A stretch of 64,000 nucleotides of DNA from Coxiella endosymbiont of Haemaphysalis japonica (GTDB taxonomy: Bacteria; Pseudomonadota; Gammaproteobacteria; Coxiellales; Coxiellaceae). Under the pieces are notes generated by a model that made no database searches, had not been told where the DNA came from, and was given only the letters and a program-made list of their open reading frames with translations. The number at the start of each line of letters is the position of its first letter. Position 1 is the first letter of the stretch. Location of the stretch: assembly GCA_048491795.1 (NCBI GenBank), contig JBGDGR010000003.1, forward strand, positions 13,439 to 77,438. Reading direction: 5' to 3'. Positions 45,859-56,658 of the stretch are shown one piece after another. The position numbers were made by a program, and so were the translations under genes.

Positions 45859-46530
45859 TTACATTAAGAGTTTATAACCAATACCAACGGTAAAGAGGTG
45901 CACGACAGGTGCAACGAAGCAACTGGAGGATGCACTTCGGTAACCTGGCACGAACGTATATTGAGCGTTCACAGACCAATTTGGTGTAAAGTAGTACTGA
46001 ACACCAGCAGCGAAAAGTGGATTCCAGTAGTTTGAAGAACGGACAACTTTGGTTAAGTCTGAGCTTAGAAAAGCAACACTGGATTGATTATAGGTATAAG
46101 CTACACCTAACTTACCAAATACATAAGCATTTTCATAAACAGAAGCCATGGCCTTTAACGCTGCATAAGCAACACCAGCATTAATTCTACAAGTCGTTGG
46201 ATCAATAGTGAATTTTGCTTTAGGCAAATAGAACCATCCACCTTCAACAGAAAAATATTGGTTGAATTGATAACCTAAATCCCCACCAAAAGTGAAACCT
46301 CCATTTCCATTAGAGGAGCTTGAAAGAACACCAAAATTTTTGGGTGTACCAGGTATAGTGGTCACATCGCTTCTCCAAGGACGATAGACGTAACCTAGAT
46401 TATCTTCAACATAAGCACCTGCATAACTTGGAGCAGATATATAATCAGGACCGCCAGCTACTGCAGCGGAGGTAACACCGACGCTGGCAATACCAGCGGT
46501 AGCAAATGTTATTAATTTTTTTACCGACAT
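45859..46530 (-). CDS. Small outer-membrane beta-barrel protein (porin/OmpA-like barrel family)
   Basis: 223 aa. Signal-peptide-like N-terminus MSVKKLITFATAGIASVGVTSAAVAGG. Alternating aromatic/Gly beta-strand pattern (GGDLGYQFNQYFSVEGGW, FAAGVQYYFTPNWSVNAQYTF). Confidence 0.7.
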   Translation of the reverse strand: MSVKKLITFATAGIASVGVTSAAVAGGPDYISAPSYAGAYVEDNLGYVYRPWRSDVTTIPGTPKNFGVLSSSSNGNGGFTFGGDLGYQFNQYFSVEGGWFYLPKAKFTIDPTTCRINAGVAYAALKAMASVYENAYVFGKLGVAYTYNQSSVAFLSSDLTKVVRSSNYWNPLFAAGVQYYFTPNWSVNAQYTFVPGYRSASSSCFVAPVVHLFTVGIGYKLLM

Positions 46531-46890
46531 TAAATTTCCCCTATTAAGTTGCTGTAAAGAGCGATTGTTGCTGCAAAGAGCGAACCTATTCTAATAGTAA
46601 CTTCTCTTTCAATGCAACTTTTTTAAGTTATATTTCAAAGAAAATTAGTTTTCAAGTTTTAATTTAAAAATAATTTAAGAATGGGAAATTAATTTTAATA
46701 TAAGTAGTTAATTATCAATAAGCTATAATTAAATTCTTAAAATCTGAAAACTACTGCTTAAAATAATAAGTCCGTCTCTAGCATCGCTCAATAAAAAAAT
46801 CAAGAATAATTAAAATAATTATAAAAATAATAAAGTTATTTTTGAATATCAAAATAATTGCAATAATAGTAAAAACCAAATAGATTAACT

Positions 46891-48975
46891 TCAGATTTCT
46901 ACATAGGCTTCGGCGTTTCTCAACCAACGCCTTAATAATCGACTAGCATGAAGCGGATATTGCTCTAGCATTAGATGAGCGATTCGTTGCGCTTGAGATA
47001 ATAAGCATTGGTCTCGGATCAAATCTGCAATACGAAACTGAAATAGCCCAGCTTGCCGCGTTCCCAAAAACTCTCCGGGTCCTCGCAACTCGAGATCTTT
47101 TTGAGCTACAGCAAAACCATCTCGTGAATTACTCAGTAAAATCAATCGTTCACGCGCACATGATGACAGCGGTTTCTGATACAGTAAAACGCAGTAACTT
47201 TTATATTCTCCTCGTCCTACACGTCCACGTAGCTGATGAATTTGAGAAAGCCCCAACCGTTCTGCATTTTCTATTATTATTAAACTCGCATTAGGCACGT
47301 CGACCCCGACTTCAATTACTGTTGTTGCAACTAATAAATCAATGTACCCTGCTTTAAAGTCCTTCATCACAGAACCTTTTTCATTTCTATTTAATCGTCC
47401 ATGAATCAGTCCCACGGTTAAATGAGCTAGCAGTTGTCGTAATTTTTGATAAGTAGCTTCCGCGGCCTCACATTGCAGTATTTCAGAATCTTCAATCAAG
47501 GTACACACCCAATAGGCTTGCTTACCTTGTTCGCAATTTTTTTTAATTCGCGCAATCACCTCATCACGCCGCGCATTAGACATTGAAACAGTAGTAACGA
47601 GCTCCCTCCTGGGAGGAAATGCATCAATCGTAGAAACGTCAAGGTTCGCATAGGCCGTTAACGCCAAAGTTCGCGGAATTGGTGTGGCTGTCATAATTAA
47701 CTGATGTGGATAGGTAGAATTATTACTCCCCTTTTTTTTCAGAGCTAATCGTTGAGCAACACCGAAACGGTGTTGCTCATCGATAACAATTAAACCCAAT
47801 TTATGGAAAACTGTATTTTTTTGATAAAGTGCATGAGTTCCAACAATTACTTGATCTTCGCCCTGGCGCATTTTCTGTAATACTTGTTTTCGGGCTGAAT
47901 TATTTAAACTTCCTGTTAACCGTCCTACTCGAATTCCCAATGGATCTAACCATTGTCGAAAGACACGGTAATGCTGCTCAGCTAATATTTCTGTCGGCAC
48001 CATTAAGGCACATTGATAACCATTTTCCACTACTTTAATAATCGCCATCGCTGCTACAACGGTTTTACCTGAACCCACATCTCCCTGCACTAATCGCTGC
48101 ATAGGATACGATCTTTTTAAATCTTCATTAATTTCTGAAATAACACGCTCTTGAGCTACTGTTAATTTAAATTCTAATACTTGACGTAATTCATTTTGTC
48201 CCTTTGATTCTATGTGTATAATCGGCGCTAAATACTTTCTTGCACGAGAGCGTAAATTTAGAAGCCCAATCTGTTGCGCAACCAATTCTTCAATAACCAA
48301 TCGTTGTTGTGTTGGATGTTTGCCTGTTTTTAACAATTTGAGAGGAGCATTCGAAGGAGGACAATGTACATAGAGCAGCGAAGCTGATAAGGTTGGCAAA
48401 TTAAGGTCCTTACGCAAAGATTCTGGAACTAATTCTTCAAGAAGGACATTAGGTTTTCTTAAGTAACTCAATGCTTGAGACAGTAAATCAAGTAATTTGG
48501 TTTGTGGTAGCCCTTTTGTTGTTGAATATACAGGAGTTAAATGCTCTTCGGTGGGAACAAGAATAGTTGCGTCAACGATTCGATATTCCGGATGAACCAT
48601 TTCTAGTCGACCTTGATAATTCTGCCGAGCCGTACCAAAACATCTCAATCGCAATCCTTGCTTCATTAATCTTTGGGATTTTTGAAAATTAAAATGATAG
48701 TATCGTAGGATAAGAGAACCTGTTTCATCCTTGATACAACAAAACAAATTTTGTCTTCGACCATGATTGATATTTGTAAATTCGATAAAACCCTCAACAG
48801 TTGTTCGATTACCATGCCGCAATGCACCCAACGGCGTTAATCGAGTCCGATCCTCATATCGTAACGGTAAATGAAATAAAAGATCTTGGAGAGTATAAAT
48901 GTTTAATTTAGCTAAAAGCTTAATCGTTTTTATCCCAACGCCTCTAAGTGAATCAACAGGAATTTTATCGAGCAC
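46891..48975 (-). CDS. recG: ATP-dependent DNA helicase RecG (GTG start)
   Basis: 694 aa; wedge domain plus GDVGSGKT, DEQHRFG, QLRGRVGRG helicase motifs. Confidence 0.93.
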   Translation of the reverse strand: MLDKIPVDSLRGVGIKTIKLLAKLNIYTLQDLLFHLPLRYEDRTRLTPLGALRHGNRTTVEGFIEFTNINHGRRQNLFCCIKDETGSLILRYYHFNFQKSQRLMKQGLRLRCFGTARQNYQGRLEMVHPEYRIVDATILVPTEEHLTPVYSTTKGLPQTKLLDLLSQALSYLRKPNVLLEELVPESLRKDLNLPTLSASLLYVHCPPSNAPLKLLKTGKHPTQQRLVIEELVAQQIGLLNLRSRARKYLAPIIHIESKGQNELRQVLEFKLTVAQERVISEINEDLKRSYPMQRLVQGDVGSGKTVVAAMAIIKVVENGYQCALMVPTEILAEQHYRVFRQWLDPLGIRVGRLTGSLNNSARKQVLQKMRQGEDQVIVGTHALYQKNTVFHKLGLIVIDEQHRFGVAQRLALKKKGSNNSTYPHQLIMTATPIPRTLALTAYANLDVSTIDAFPPRRELVTTVSMSNARRDEVIARIKKNCEQGKQAYWVCTLIEDSEILQCEAAEATYQKLRQLLAHLTVGLIHGRLNRNEKGSVMKDFKAGYIDLLVATTVIEVGVDVPNASLIIIENAERLGLSQIHQLRGRVGRGEYKSYCVLLYQKPLSSCARERLILLSNSRDGFAVAQKDLELRGPGEFLGTRQAGLFQFRIADLIRDQCLLSQAQRIAHLMLEQYPLHASRLLRRWLRNAEAYVEI

Positions 48976-49029
48976 TTTTCATTCTCCTAATACCATTAGT
49001 GCATCCATTGCCACCAGCGTATTTTTATA

Positions 49030-49372
49030 TTGCTTAACTGTAAGCATAGTCCACGCAGGATAGAATTTTTCATATTCTTTCATAACTTCTTTAACCAAAA
49101 CGATTTTTTATATCCACAAATAGTAGTTAATTTTATAACTCAAGATAGGCCCTACCCGCTACTTCAACAACGTCGACATATTTTAGAAAACACGATGAAT
49201 ACGTGCTTCACAATTGCCTCGAACCATATTCATGGTTTTATGATCACAGGAGGGATTTGATCTGAAAAAGACGATGTTACCTGCTTTGATGGCTTAGAAA
49301 TAGATGTTATTAGCACATAGTGCTTTGTTAACCACCCCCCCTCAATCGCTTCATCTATAAAGTCTTCTAGAT
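49030..49372 (-). pseudogene. ridA: RidA/YjgF/L-PSP family relic
   Basis: One minus-strand frame reads ...SKPSKQVTSSFSDQIPPVIIKP*IWFEAIVKHVFIVFSKICRRC*SSG*GLS*VIKLTTICGYKKSFWLKKL*KNMKNSILRGLCLQLSNI. Compare RidA: ..SGQIP..., ..VVKTTVFl.D..dF..vN.vY..fF...PARScVeV..LP. At least 4 in-frame stops. Sits in the spoT-ridA-recG position. Confidence 0.5.
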
Positions 49373-49376
49373 ATGC

Positions 49377-51500
49377 TTAACTAAACCGACGTATGATTTT
49401 AACTACCTGTTTAACCTGTCGTAATCTTCTTAAAACTTTCGCAAGATGCGCGCGGTCTCGCACAAAAATATGAAACATGATAACATAGTATAGGCTTTCG
49501 CGTTCTTCCACCGTAATATCTTCAATATTAGCTTCGGACTCCGAAAAAGCTATAGCTAAGACAGCCAAGGCTCCCCGCTCGTTAACGACCTGGACACGGA
49601 CCACCGTCGGAAATACTCCTTTAGCTTTTCCCGACCACCGCAGGGACATGCAGCGATCTAAAAGATGTCGTACATTTAAAATGGAAGCGCAATGTTCCAT
49701 GTGAACTAAAATTCCTTTACCTACATCGATAACACCCACAATTGGATCACCAGGAATGGGATAACAACACATTGCAAAATTAACAACCACCCCTTCCGTA
49801 CCCTTGATCACTAAAGGCGTTTCAAAGGAGGGGAGTATCTCTGTTTCTTCCTCAGCTTCTTTGGCCACAGCCGCAAGCCGTTGCACCACTAAGACAGCTA
49901 TACGATTACCAAGACCAATTTCCTCTAACAAATCATCAAATGAATTTAATTGCATTTCTTTTAAAGTAAAATCGATAATTCGTTGCGGTATTTTTCTTAA
50001 AGAAAGCGAATAATTTTCGAAGGCCTGTTTCAACAATTGTTTTCCAAGCGAAATAGACTCCGATCGTCGCTGTGTTTTTAAAAATTGACGAATGCTACCG
50101 CGTGCTTTACTTGTTACCACAAAGTCTAACCATGCAGGGTTGGGGCGACCCGATTCCGATGTAATAACTTCCACTGTTTGTCCATTAGCAAGTTGGGCTG
50201 ATAAAGGAGCCATATGTCGATCAATTTTCACCGCGACACAATTATTTCCGATATCAGTATGAACAGCATACGCGAAATCGATTGCTGTAGCGCTGGCTGG
50301 CAATTCCATAATATCTCCCCGCGGGGTAAAGACGTATACTTCATCGGTAAATAAATCGATTTTAAGATTTTCTATAAATTCCAGAGGATTTAGTGCATCT
50401 TCCTGTAATTCCAATAAATTCTTTACCCATGCTTTAGCACGTATTTGGGATTTAGTAAGAGAAGTATCGGTCGTTTTATAAAGCCAATGTGCAGCAACAC
50501 TTGTAGTTGCCATTCGATCCATTTCCACGGTGCGAATTTGAACTTCAATAGGCAAACCATATGGCCCAAAAAGCGTGGTATGTAACGATTGATAGCCATT
50601 GGCTTTTGGAATAGCGATATAATCTTTAAAGCGCTCTGGGACAGGTTTAAATAATCCATGAATAATTCCCAATGAGCGGTAACAAGAATCAACATCATCC
50701 ACGATGATTCTAAAAGCATACACATCCATAATCTCGTTAAATGGAATATGTTTAGTGTGCATTTTGTGATAAATGCTATACAAATGTTTTTTTCGGCCTG
50801 TTATAGTGTAGGAAGATAAACTGCTTCTACTTAAGCCCTCATGTAAGGTTTTTTCAATTAAATCGAGCATCTTTTTTCGATTGCCCCGGGCTTTTCGAAC
50901 GGCATCCTTTAAAACGCGATAGCGCATTGGATAAAGCGCTGCAAATCCCAGCTCTTCTAATTCGACTGATAATTGGTGAATCCCGAGCCGTTTAGCAATT
51001 GGCGCAAAAATACCCAAGGTTTCTCGCGCAATCCGTCTTCGTTTTTGTGAATGAAGCGAACCAAGAGTGCGCATGTTATGTAAACGATCTGCTAATTTAA
51101 CGATAATCACACGAATATCACGTGCCATAGCCAAAACCATTTTTCGAAAGTTTTCTGCTTGGGCTTCGGCACGGCTCACAAATTCAATTTGGGTTAACTT
51201 GCTCACACCATCGACAAGCTCAGCCACTTCTTCACCAAATTTTTCAGCAATTGTCTTTTTTTCAATGGGCGTGTCTTCGATAACATCATGTAATAAAGCT
51301 GCTGTAATAATTTGATAGTCCATTTTCATTTCGGCTAAAATACAGGCTACGGCTACAGGGTGGCTGATATACGGTTCACCCGTTCGACGCTTTTGACCGT
51401 GGTGGGCTTTCTGAGCCGTCAAATAGGCTTGCTGAATATAATCGACTTGTTCGTTGCTCAAGTAATCGAGCTTTCTTCTTAACTTTTTAAAGAGGCGCAA
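49377..51500 (-). CDS. spoT: Bifunctional (p)ppGpp synthetase/hydrolase SpoT (apparent TTG start)
   Basis: 707 aa; HD domain HPVAVA...LLHDVIEDT, synthetase domain, TGS and ACT regions. No disruptions. Confidence 0.92.
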   Translation of the reverse strand: MRLFKKLRRKLDYLSNEQVDYIQQAYLTAQKAHHGQKRRTGEPYISHPVAVACILAEMKMDYQIITAALLHDVIEDTPIEKKTIAEKFGEEVAELVDGVSKLTQIEFVSRAEAQAENFRKMVLAMARDIRVIIVKLADRLHNMRTLGSLHSQKRRRIARETLGIFAPIAKRLGIHQLSVELEELGFAALYPMRYRVLKDAVRKARGNRKKMLDLIEKTLHEGLSRSSLSSYTITGRKKHLYSIYHKMHTKHIPFNEIMDVYAFRIIVDDVDSCYRSLGIIHGLFKPVPERFKDYIAIPKANGYQSLHTTLFGPYGLPIEVQIRTVEMDRMATTSVAAHWLYKTTDTSLTKSQIRAKAWVKNLLELQEDALNPLEFIENLKIDLFTDEVYVFTPRGDIMELPASATAIDFAYAVHTDIGNNCVAVKIDRHMAPLSAQLANGQTVEVITSESGRPNPAWLDFVVTSKARGSIRQFLKTQRRSESISLGKQLLKQAFENYSLSLRKIPQRIIDFTLKEMQLNSFDDLLEEIGLGNRIAVLVVQRLAAVAKEAEEETEILPSFETPLVIKGTEGVVVNFAMCCYPIPGDPIVGVIDVGKGILVHMEHCASILNVRHLLDRCMSLRWSGKAKGVFPTVVRVQVVNERGALAVLAIAFSESEANIEDITVEERESLYYVIMFHIFVRDRAHLAKVLRRLRQVKQVVKIIRRFS

Positions 51501-51536
51501 GACTTTCCTCCTTAAAGAATAGGGAGGTGCCTCGCC

Positions 51537-51824
51537 TTAATCCTCTTCCGTCAGCTGTGAATCCACTGCAAGTCTTGCACTGGACAAAATAGCGTTGGAT
51601 TTTTCCACTTCTTCTTTTTCGGATCGGACTTCAACATCTTGAGTAACATCGTACCCAGCAGCGATTTCTCGCAACGCGATAACAGTGGGCTTATCATTAT
51701 CTCGTGGGACCATAGGATCAGCCCCTCCTAATTCTAACGTATGTGCTCGCTTTGCTGCTTTTAAAACGAGATCAAAGCGATTTTCTACATATTGAAGACA
51801 ATCTTCAACGGTTACACGTGCCAT
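51537..51824 (-). CDS. rpoZ: RNA polymerase omega subunit
   Basis: 95 aa; [10 protein letters not shown]...[13 protein letters not shown]. Confidence 0.92.
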   Translation of the reverse strand: MARVTVEDCLQYVENRFDLVLKAAKRAHTLELGGADPMVPRDNDKPTVIALREIAAGYDVTQDVEVRSEKEEVEKSNAILSSARLAVDSQLTEED

Positions 51825-51841
51825 GGATAGACCTCCTTTGT

Positions 51842-52537
51842 TTAAATTATTTTAACCATATTTTTCCGAGAAGCTATTCTACCACTTTTCAATAGTTCCA
51901 CTAGAAGCCCTGCAAGCTTTTCCTCCTGCACATCTCGCTGCAATCGTTCGGCATTAATAATGTGGCTCAGGCTTTGGACTGCTTGACTAAAATCATCGTT
52001 GACCACAAGATAATCGAACTCTGGGTAATGCCTTATCTCTTCACGGGCCATTGCTAGCCTTTGTTCTATAACGGAATTTTTATCTTTACGTCGCTTAATC
52101 AAACGCTCTCGTAGAGCTTGTGCTGATGGGGGAAGGATAAAGATAGTGAGCGCAGGAGGAAATAACTTTTGTATTTGACGAGCCCCTTGCCAATCAATTT
52201 CTAATAAGACGTCGTCCCCAGCCTCTAATCGCTCGAGAACCCATTCTCTGGCAGTTCCATAATGGAACCCATAAATCGTAGCATACTCTAGAAAAGCACC
52301 TTCCTTTATCATTACTTGAAACCGATCTTCGTCAACAAAGAAATAATCTATACCTTCACGATCACCAGACCGCAGCGGTCGAGTAGTATAAGAAACGGAA
52401 ATTTTTATTTCATCTAGTTCGTTAACTAACGCACAGGCTAAACTGGTCTTCCCAGCTCCAGAAGGAGCCGATATAACAAAGAGATTTGCTTTATGCGCTT
52501 TATTCAATGTTTTGTATCTGTTCACGCATTTGTTCAA
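51842..52537 (-). CDS. gmk: Guanylate kinase
   Basis: [13 protein letters not shown]-loop, [17 protein letters not shown]. The ORF-track start overlaps yicC by 38 nt. A TTG at 52507 (8-nt overlap TTGAATAA) would give a more typical length. Confidence 0.88.
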   Translation of the reverse strand: MNKCVNRYKTLNKAHKANLFVISAPSGAGKTSLACALVNELDEIKISVSYTTRPLRSGDREGIDYFFVDEDRFQVMIKEGAFLEYATIYGFHYGTAREWVLERLEAGDDVLLEIDWQGARQIQKLFPPALTIFILPPSAQALRERLIKRRKDKNSVIEQRLAMAREEIRHYPEFDYLVVNDDFSQAVQSLSHIINAERLQRDVQEEKLAGLLVELLKSGRIASRKNMVKII

Positions 52538-53363
52538 TCTGAACTTTTAATTCAATAACTGCCTGTGAAACTTTGGTGCCGATTGATTTATTTCCCAGAG
52601 TATTTGCCTCTCGATTTAATTCCTGCATCAAAAAATCCAAACGACGGCCCACTACCCCACCTCGATCAAGCACTCGCTTAACCTCATTAATATGCGTTTC
52701 TAAACGTTGCAGTTCTTCAGAAACATCCATTTTCTGAGCTAGCCATAACATTTCTTGCTCTAAACGTTCTTTGTCTAAACTTATAGCAAATTCTTCAAAA
52801 CGAGCCATCATTCTTTCTCGAGCAGCTTTTAGTAAAAGGGGCATACGTTTTTTAATAGAAGTAATTAGTTTCTTACTAATTTTAATGCGATCCTCCAGAA
52901 ATACCTGAAGTTTCTCACCTTCTCTTTGGCGAACACTCACACATTCGTCCAAAGCACTTTTTAGAAGATCCAAAATAGCTTTTTTCATCACATCGACTTC
53001 AGTTTCTTTTGTTTGTAATACTCCAGGCCACGCTAATACATCCATTACATTAACAGTTGCCAAAGGAAAAAAGCTAAGAACAGTTTCACAAGCCTTGGCT
53101 AACTGCTCTGTAAGAGTCTGGTTAACCTTAACCTCAATAGGAGCTTCTTGGCCAGTTTGAAAGTTTAATATCGTTTCTACTTTACCGCGACTTAAATAAT
53201 TTTGAATAATTGCTCGTGAGGATTGTTCAAAATCACGCAAGAATTCTGGCATACGCAGAATGACTTCTAAATAACGGTGATTTACGGTTCGAATTTCCCA
53301 CTTTAATGTCCCCCAGCTGGCTTCATAAGAACATTTGGCAAAAGCGGTCATGCTTGCAATCAT
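52500..53363 (-). CDS. yicC: YicC family protein (stress-induced endoribonuclease family)
   Basis: 287 aa; MTAFA...WEIRTVNHRYLE N-terminus and C-terminal REANTLGNKS motif. Confidence 0.88.
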   Translation of the reverse strand: MIASMTAFAKCSYEASWGTLKWEIRTVNHRYLEVILRMPEFLRDFEQSSRAIIQNYLSRGKVETILNFQTGQEAPIEVKVNQTLTEQLAKACETVLSFFPLATVNVMDVLAWPGVLQTKETEVDVMKKAILDLLKSALDECVSVRQREGEKLQVFLEDRIKISKKLITSIKKRMPLLLKAARERMMARFEEFAISLDKERLEQEMLWLAQKMDVSEELQRLETHINEVKRVLDRGGVVGRRLDFLMQELNREANTLGNKSIGTKVSQAVIELKVQIEQMREQIQNIE

Positions 53364-53548
53364 ACAAAATCTTCGACATTAACGATGAAGAATATAATAA
53401 CATAGGAATCCCGCCGAATGGCGGCTGGAATTTAAGAGGGATTTTTCAAGTGGGTTTTGGTCGGCGTTTTTCCAGCTTACTTATCTAAAAAACGATAGTG
53501 TGATATATAGACCCTCAGACTCATCTAAAAATAACTTAAGAGGTAGTC

Positions 53549-54268
53549 ATGCGTCCAAGCAAGCGAGCAACGAATGAGTTGCGCCCTTTTTCCTTCACTA
53601 CTCAGTTTACTCCTTACGCGGAAGGTTCTGTTCTTGTTGAGATGGGACAAACAAAAGTAATCTGCAATGCTAGTATAGTTGAGGGCGTTCCACGTTTTCT
53701 TAAAAATAGTGACCAAGGGTGGTTAACTGCTGAATACGGAATGTTACCACGCTCTACCCATAGCCGAATGGAACGCGAAGCCTTGCGTGGTAAACAAAGT
53801 GGACGGACTGTGGAAATCCAACGATTAATTGGTCGTTCCTTACGCGCCGCTCTCGATTTAAAATTACTGAGTCCTTACACTATCACCCTCGACTGTGATG
53901 TCATTCAAGCAGATGGTGGTACTCGAACAGCAGCCATCAACGGCGGCTGTATCGCTACAATACAAGCATTGCGGTACTTACAAAGAAAAGGTATTTTACA
54001 AACAGATCCTCTTAAACATTTAGTTACGGCTGTTTCTGTCGGAATTTACAACGGTGTACCCGTTTTGGATCTCGATTACACAGAAGATTCTAAAGCTCAT
54101 ACAGATATGAATATTGTAATGACCGAAAACTATTCCTTTGTTGAAATTCAAGGCACTGCAGAGGAGGATGCTTTTCATTCCAAAGAATTAGATGCATTGA
54201 TTGACCTTGCGCGCCAAGGAATTAAAAGTATTGTTGAAAAACAACGAGAAGTATTAAAAGCAAGTTAG
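53549..54268 (+). CDS. rph: Ribonuclease PH
   Basis: 239 aa; [37 protein letters not shown]. Confidence 0.93.
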   Translation: MRPSKRATNELRPFSFTTQFTPYAEGSVLVEMGQTKVICNASIVEGVPRFLKNSDQGWLTAEYGMLPRSTHSRMEREALRGKQSGRTVEIQRLIGRSLRAALDLKLLSPYTITLDCDVIQADGGTRTAAINGGCIATIQALRYLQRKGILQTDPLKHLVTAVSVGIYNGVPVLDLDYTEDSKAHTDMNIVMTENYSFVEIQGTAEEDAFHSKELDALIDLARQGIKSIVEKQREVLKAS

Positions 54269-54279
54269 TGGAAAAGCAT

Positions 54280-55101
54280 ATGATAAAGAATCAGCTTCCT
54301 ATTGGTGTCTTTGATTCAGGGATGGGTGGGCTTACAGTCTTGCGAGAGCTCGTCAAGTATTTATCTAACGAATCATATATTTACTTAGGTGATACAGCTC
54401 GATTACCATATGGCACTAAGAGTCGTGAAACTGTCACGCGTTATGCTGCTCAGATGACATCCTTTCTTGTAGCTCAAGGAATTAAATTATTAGTAGTAGC
54501 TTGCAATACAGCTTCTACGGCAGCGCTTCCTTTTCTTAAAATGCAATTTCCAAATATTCCAATTATCAGCGTTGTTGAGTCAGGGGCACGGGCGGCTGTT
54601 AGCACTACCAAGAATAATCGAGTAGCTTTACTCGCTACTGAAACCACTATCCAATCGGGGATCTACCAAAAAACTATTCTCACATTAAACCCAAAAATTA
54701 AAATTAGTACTCAAATCTGTGGTTTATTCGTGGCATTAGCGGAGGAAGGATGTATTAATAACGAAATTGCGACACTCGTTGCAAAACAATATTTAGAGCC
54801 TACTATTAATGATTATCAGCGATGTGATTCTGTTATTTTGGGATGCACTCATTTTCCAGTTTTTATTCAATCGCTAACAGCAATCTTGGGGAAGGAGATT
54901 AATATCGTTAATTCTGCAAGAGCAACCGCAATAGCAGTAAAAATGATTACTCAAAAAATGAATTTGGAAAGCACGGCTCAAAATTCCCAACTAACTTTTC
55001 TAGTTACCGACTCTCCCAAACGATTCGCTCGCATTGGAGAAATTTTCTTCGGCCGTCGTATTGACCATAGTATCGTACACTTGATCGATGGTGCAAAATA
55101 G
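54280..55101 (+). CDS. murI: Glutamate racemase
   Basis: IGVFDSGMGGLTV, VACNTAS, GCTHFP motifs. ATG 54280 preferred over the GTG at 54268, which overlaps the rph stop. Confidence 0.9.
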   Translation: MIKNQLPIGVFDSGMGGLTVLRELVKYLSNESYIYLGDTARLPYGTKSRETVTRYAAQMTSFLVAQGIKLLVVACNTASTAALPFLKMQFPNIPIISVVESGARAAVSTTKNNRVALLATETTIQSGIYQKTILTLNPKIKISTQICGLFVALAEEGCINNEIATLVAKQYLEPTINDYQRCDSVILGCTHFPVFIQSLTAILGKEINIVNSARATAIAVKMITQKMNLESTAQNSQLTFLVTDSPKRFARIGEIFFGRRIDHSIVHLIDGAK

Positions 55102-55171
55102 TGTCAATGACTTTTAATTGAAAATAAGAATTGAACGACTTGCTTTACCGGAAAGAACGTTGCTAAGCATA

Positions 55172-55939
55172 TTAAAGTTCATAATCAATAATCAATGGTG
55201 CATGATCAGAGAATCGTTGTACCTTATAAATATTTACTGCTTTCACACAATTTTTTAAACTCGGAGTAATGACTTGATAATCAATTCGCCATCCGACGTT
55301 TTTCTCCCACGCACGTCCACGACTTGACCACCAGGTATATTGATCCGGTTCCTTGTTGACAACACGAAAAGCATCTACCATTCCTATTTTAGTAAATATC
55401 TCATCTATCCAGGCACGCTCTTCAGGGAGACAACCAGAATTTTTCTGATTCTCCTTAAAATTTTTAATATCAATTTCTTTATGCACAATATTCCAATCAC
55501 CACAAATAATAAAAGAACGTTTTAAACGATGTACATTTTTTAATCGTTTTATATAATATTTCATAAAACCAAATTTAATTTTTTGCCGCCGCTCTCCAGT
55601 TGTGCCAGAGGGCATGTATAATGATGCCACACTTAAAGAATCGAAATCTGCCTGAATGTAACGTCCTTCTTTATCAGCCTGCTCCCAACCCAATCGTCTC
55701 ACTATCTGTTTCGGTTCCTCACGGCAAAAGATCCCCACTCCACTGTAACCACTTTTCTCGGCATTATAATAATAGCAATGGTATCCTTCTGGATGAAATT
55801 GATCCCCATTAGTAATATTCAAACAGGCTCTTATCTCTTGAAGACAAACTATATCGGCCTTTTGAGTTTTAAGCCAATCAAAAAACCCTTTACGGGCAGC
55901 GGAACGGATACCATTAGTATTTAAAGTGATAACACGCAT
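55172..55939 (-). CDS. xthA: Exodeoxyribonuclease III
   Basis: 255 aa; MRVITLNTNGIRS, CLQE, C-terminal SDHAPL. Confidence 0.92.
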   Translation of the reverse strand: MRVITLNTNGIRSAARKGFFDWLKTQKADIVCLQEIRACLNITNGDQFHPEGYHCYYYNAEKSGYSGVGIFCREEPKQIVRRLGWEQADKEGRYIQADFDSLSVASLYMPSGTTGERRQKIKFGFMKYYIKRLKNVHRLKRSFIICGDWNIVHKEIDIKNFKENQKNSGCLPEERAWIDEIFTKIGMVDAFRVVNKEPDQYTWWSSRGRAWEKNVGWRIDYQVITPSLKNCVKAVNIYKVQRFSDHAPLIIDYEL

Positions 55940-56031
55940 AGTTGTTATTTTCTCAGCTTAATGTTTAAATAACACCATCACATCTACCCTACTATCTTTT
56001 TCTTTTAGAAAAGGAAAATAAAAGGTATTCT

Positions 56032-56658
56032 ATGAATCGGGCTATAGAAATAGCAAAAATACTACTCAGTATCAAGGCCGTTACCTTGAATTTTCAGAGA
56101 CCTTATCGCTATTCCTCAGGATTGTTATCTCCTATCTACTGTGATAATCGGTTAATCATTTCTTACCCGGAAAAACGCAAGATAGCTATCAATGCTTTAT
56201 TACATTTAATTAAAGAAAACAACTTACAATTTGATGTCATAGCGGGCGCTGAGACAGCAGGTATTCCTCATGCAGCTTGGATTGCGGATCGATTAAACGT
56301 GCCAATGGTGTATGTTAGAGACAAAGCAAAGAACCATGGAAAACAAAATCAAATTGAAGGTCGTTTGAAGCGAGGGCAAAAGGTATTAGTAGTAGAAGAT
56401 CTAGTTAGCATCGGGAAGAGCGCTATCGCTGCTAGCCTCGTACTTCGTCAATTCGCCATTGTTAAGGATTGTATTACTATTTTTTCTTACCAGTTATCTA
56501 AAGCGCAACAAAATTTTGCAGAGGCAAAGCTCAATTATTATACTCTTTCCGATTTCAAAACCTTGATCAAGGTTGCAATCACTGAAGGATATATTACTGA
56601 GGAAGAGAAGCAAAAAGCGTTAGCTTGGAATAACAATCCCGAAAATTGGAATCCTTAA
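56032..56658 (+). CDS. pyrE: Orotate phosphoribosyltransferase
   Basis: 208 aa; PRPP-binding VLVVEDLVSIGKS. Its stop overlaps the convergent algC stop (ttaa). Confidence 0.9.
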   Translation: MNRAIEIAKILLSIKAVTLNFQRPYRYSSGLLSPIYCDNRLIISYPEKRKIAINALLHLIKENNLQFDVIAGAETAGIPHAAWIADRLNVPMVYVRDKAKNHGKQNQIEGRLKRGQKVLVVEDLVSIGKSAIAASLVLRQFAIVKDCITIFSYQLSKAQQNFAEAKLNYYTLSDFKTLIKVAITEGYITEEEKQKALAWNNNPENWNP

